The notes under the pieces: model-generated | Seen by the model: the letters and a program-made list of their open reading frames with translations, nothing else | Databases searched by the model: none | What the model was told of the DNA's origin: nothing | Position numbers and translations under genes: made by a program | Source: a virus | Strand: one strand, 5' to 3' | DNA length: 49,240 nt | IMG/VR virus record: IMGVR_UViG_3300030613_000002 | Coordinates: 1-49,240 of that record | In this document: positions 48,587 to 49,240 of the stretch, in pieces | How the letters are laid out: each line of letters starts with the position of its first letter | How positions within the stretch are numbered: position 1 is the first letter of the stretch

Positions 48587-49240
48587 CCACCTGTCGATCA
48601 GTCAGGCGCGGATGTATATGCGGTGTCCGCTTCAGTACTACTTCCGCTACTGTCTTGGACTCAAGATACCGCCCACCGGCGCGATGACATTGGGGCGGAC
48701 TGTGCACGAGACCTTGGAGACGAACTTCGTTCAGAAGGTGGACACGCGGACCGACCTGGGGTTGGACGAAATGGTTGACACATTTTCGGACCGTTGGAGT
48801 CTGAATATACCTGATACGCAATGGCAGGAAATGGACTCGCCTGGGCAACTCAAGGATGACGGTGTGGGACTGGTGGAAACCTACCACGTGGACGTGTCCC
48901 CCATGATCCAACCGGCGGAAGTCGAACTAGAGTTCCTGGTAGAGACATCCGCCTCGAGGCCCCTCATGGGCCGGATTGACCTGGTGGATGAACATACCAC
49001 CATTATTGACCACAAGATCACCAGACGGTCGTTACCCGTAGAAGCCGTGCAGACGGACATTCAGTTGACCGGGTATTCATATGCCTGGAGGGCCCTCCAT
49101 CCCTTTGAGGAAGAGCGAGGAGTCCGGCTGGATGTTTTGGTGAGGACGCGCGAGCCGAAGGTTCAGACACTTGAGGGGAGGCGTTCTCAGGGTGATCTCG
49201 ACCGGTTCCTGCGGATACTGGAGAGGGTAGAGCAGGGGAT
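48573..49240 (+). CDS. Cas4-like PD-(D/E)XK exonuclease, 5' part (runs off the window and continues at 1..206)
   Basis: N-terminal Cys (YMRCPLQYYF), GRIDLVD...IDHK (D..D/ExK core), QLTGYSY (QxxxY). The C-terminal Cys cluster is found in the 1..206 segment. Confidence 0.85.
   Translation, partial: MAQPDHLSISQARMYMRCPLQYYFRYCLGLKIPPTGAMTLGRTVHETLETNFVQKVDTRTDLGLDEMVDTFSDRWSLNIPDTQWQEMDSPGQLKDDGVGLVETYHVDVSPMIQPAEVELEFLVETSASRPLMGRIDLVDEHTTIIDHKITRRSLPVEAVQTDIQLTGYSYAWRALHPFEEERGVRLDVLVRTREPKVQTLEGRRSQGDLDRFLRILERVEQG
49114..49240. repeat. Terminal direct repeat, copy B
   Basis: Identical to 1..127. Confidence 0.9.

Overview
The window looks like a complete, circularly closed genome of a GC-rich tailed dsDNA phage. 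Bases 1..127 are identical to 49114..49240, giving a unit length of about 49,113 bp, and one gene reads straight through that junction.

Four transcription blocks are visible:
- Rightward early block (46705 through the junction to about 8979): HTH regulator, annealing protein, Cas4-like exonuclease, RuvC-like resolvase, membrane-anchored lytic transglycosylase, DUF5131/Gp37-Gp68-like protein, an SPPY-type N4/N6 methyltransferase and a C5-cytosine methyltransferase.
- Replication block (9753..12635): wHTH initiator-like protein and DnaB helicase.
- Leftward early block (17810 down to 12632): it starts at a near-consensus sigma70-like promoter and carries about 14 small ORFs, a ParB-like protein, a tyrosine integrase and an excisionase-like HTH protein.
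- Rightward late block (19713..46389): small and large terminase, portal, protease-scaffold, capsid, tail genes with a classical -1 frameshift chaperone ahead of the tape measure, fibers, amidase and LL-H-type holin.

Start/stop overlaps (ATGA, TAATG, GTGA) are pervasive.

Most unusual observations:
1. A promoter-bearing HNH cassette sits antisense inside the methyltransferase gene, at a conserved linker, and the host reading frame stays open across it.
2. Four multi-zinc-ribbon paralogs (three with HNH motifs) plus a NUMOD3-HNH gene sit at module junctions. The NUMOD3-HNH gene and the dcm gene are bracketed by short direct repeats that look like insertion scars.
3. The small leftward early genes are each preceded by related GC-rich intercistronic elements. 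Two copies show compensatory stem changes, and a 49-bp perfect repeat carries a sense-strand G-quadruplex motif.
4. There is a 776-bp ORF-free G-rich region between the divergent early and late blocks, and a 99-nt nested hairpin lies directly 5' of a ribosome-binding site.

No tRNA, rRNA, CRISPR array or reverse transcriptase was recognised. All functional calls come from motif reading by eye; no database search was possible.
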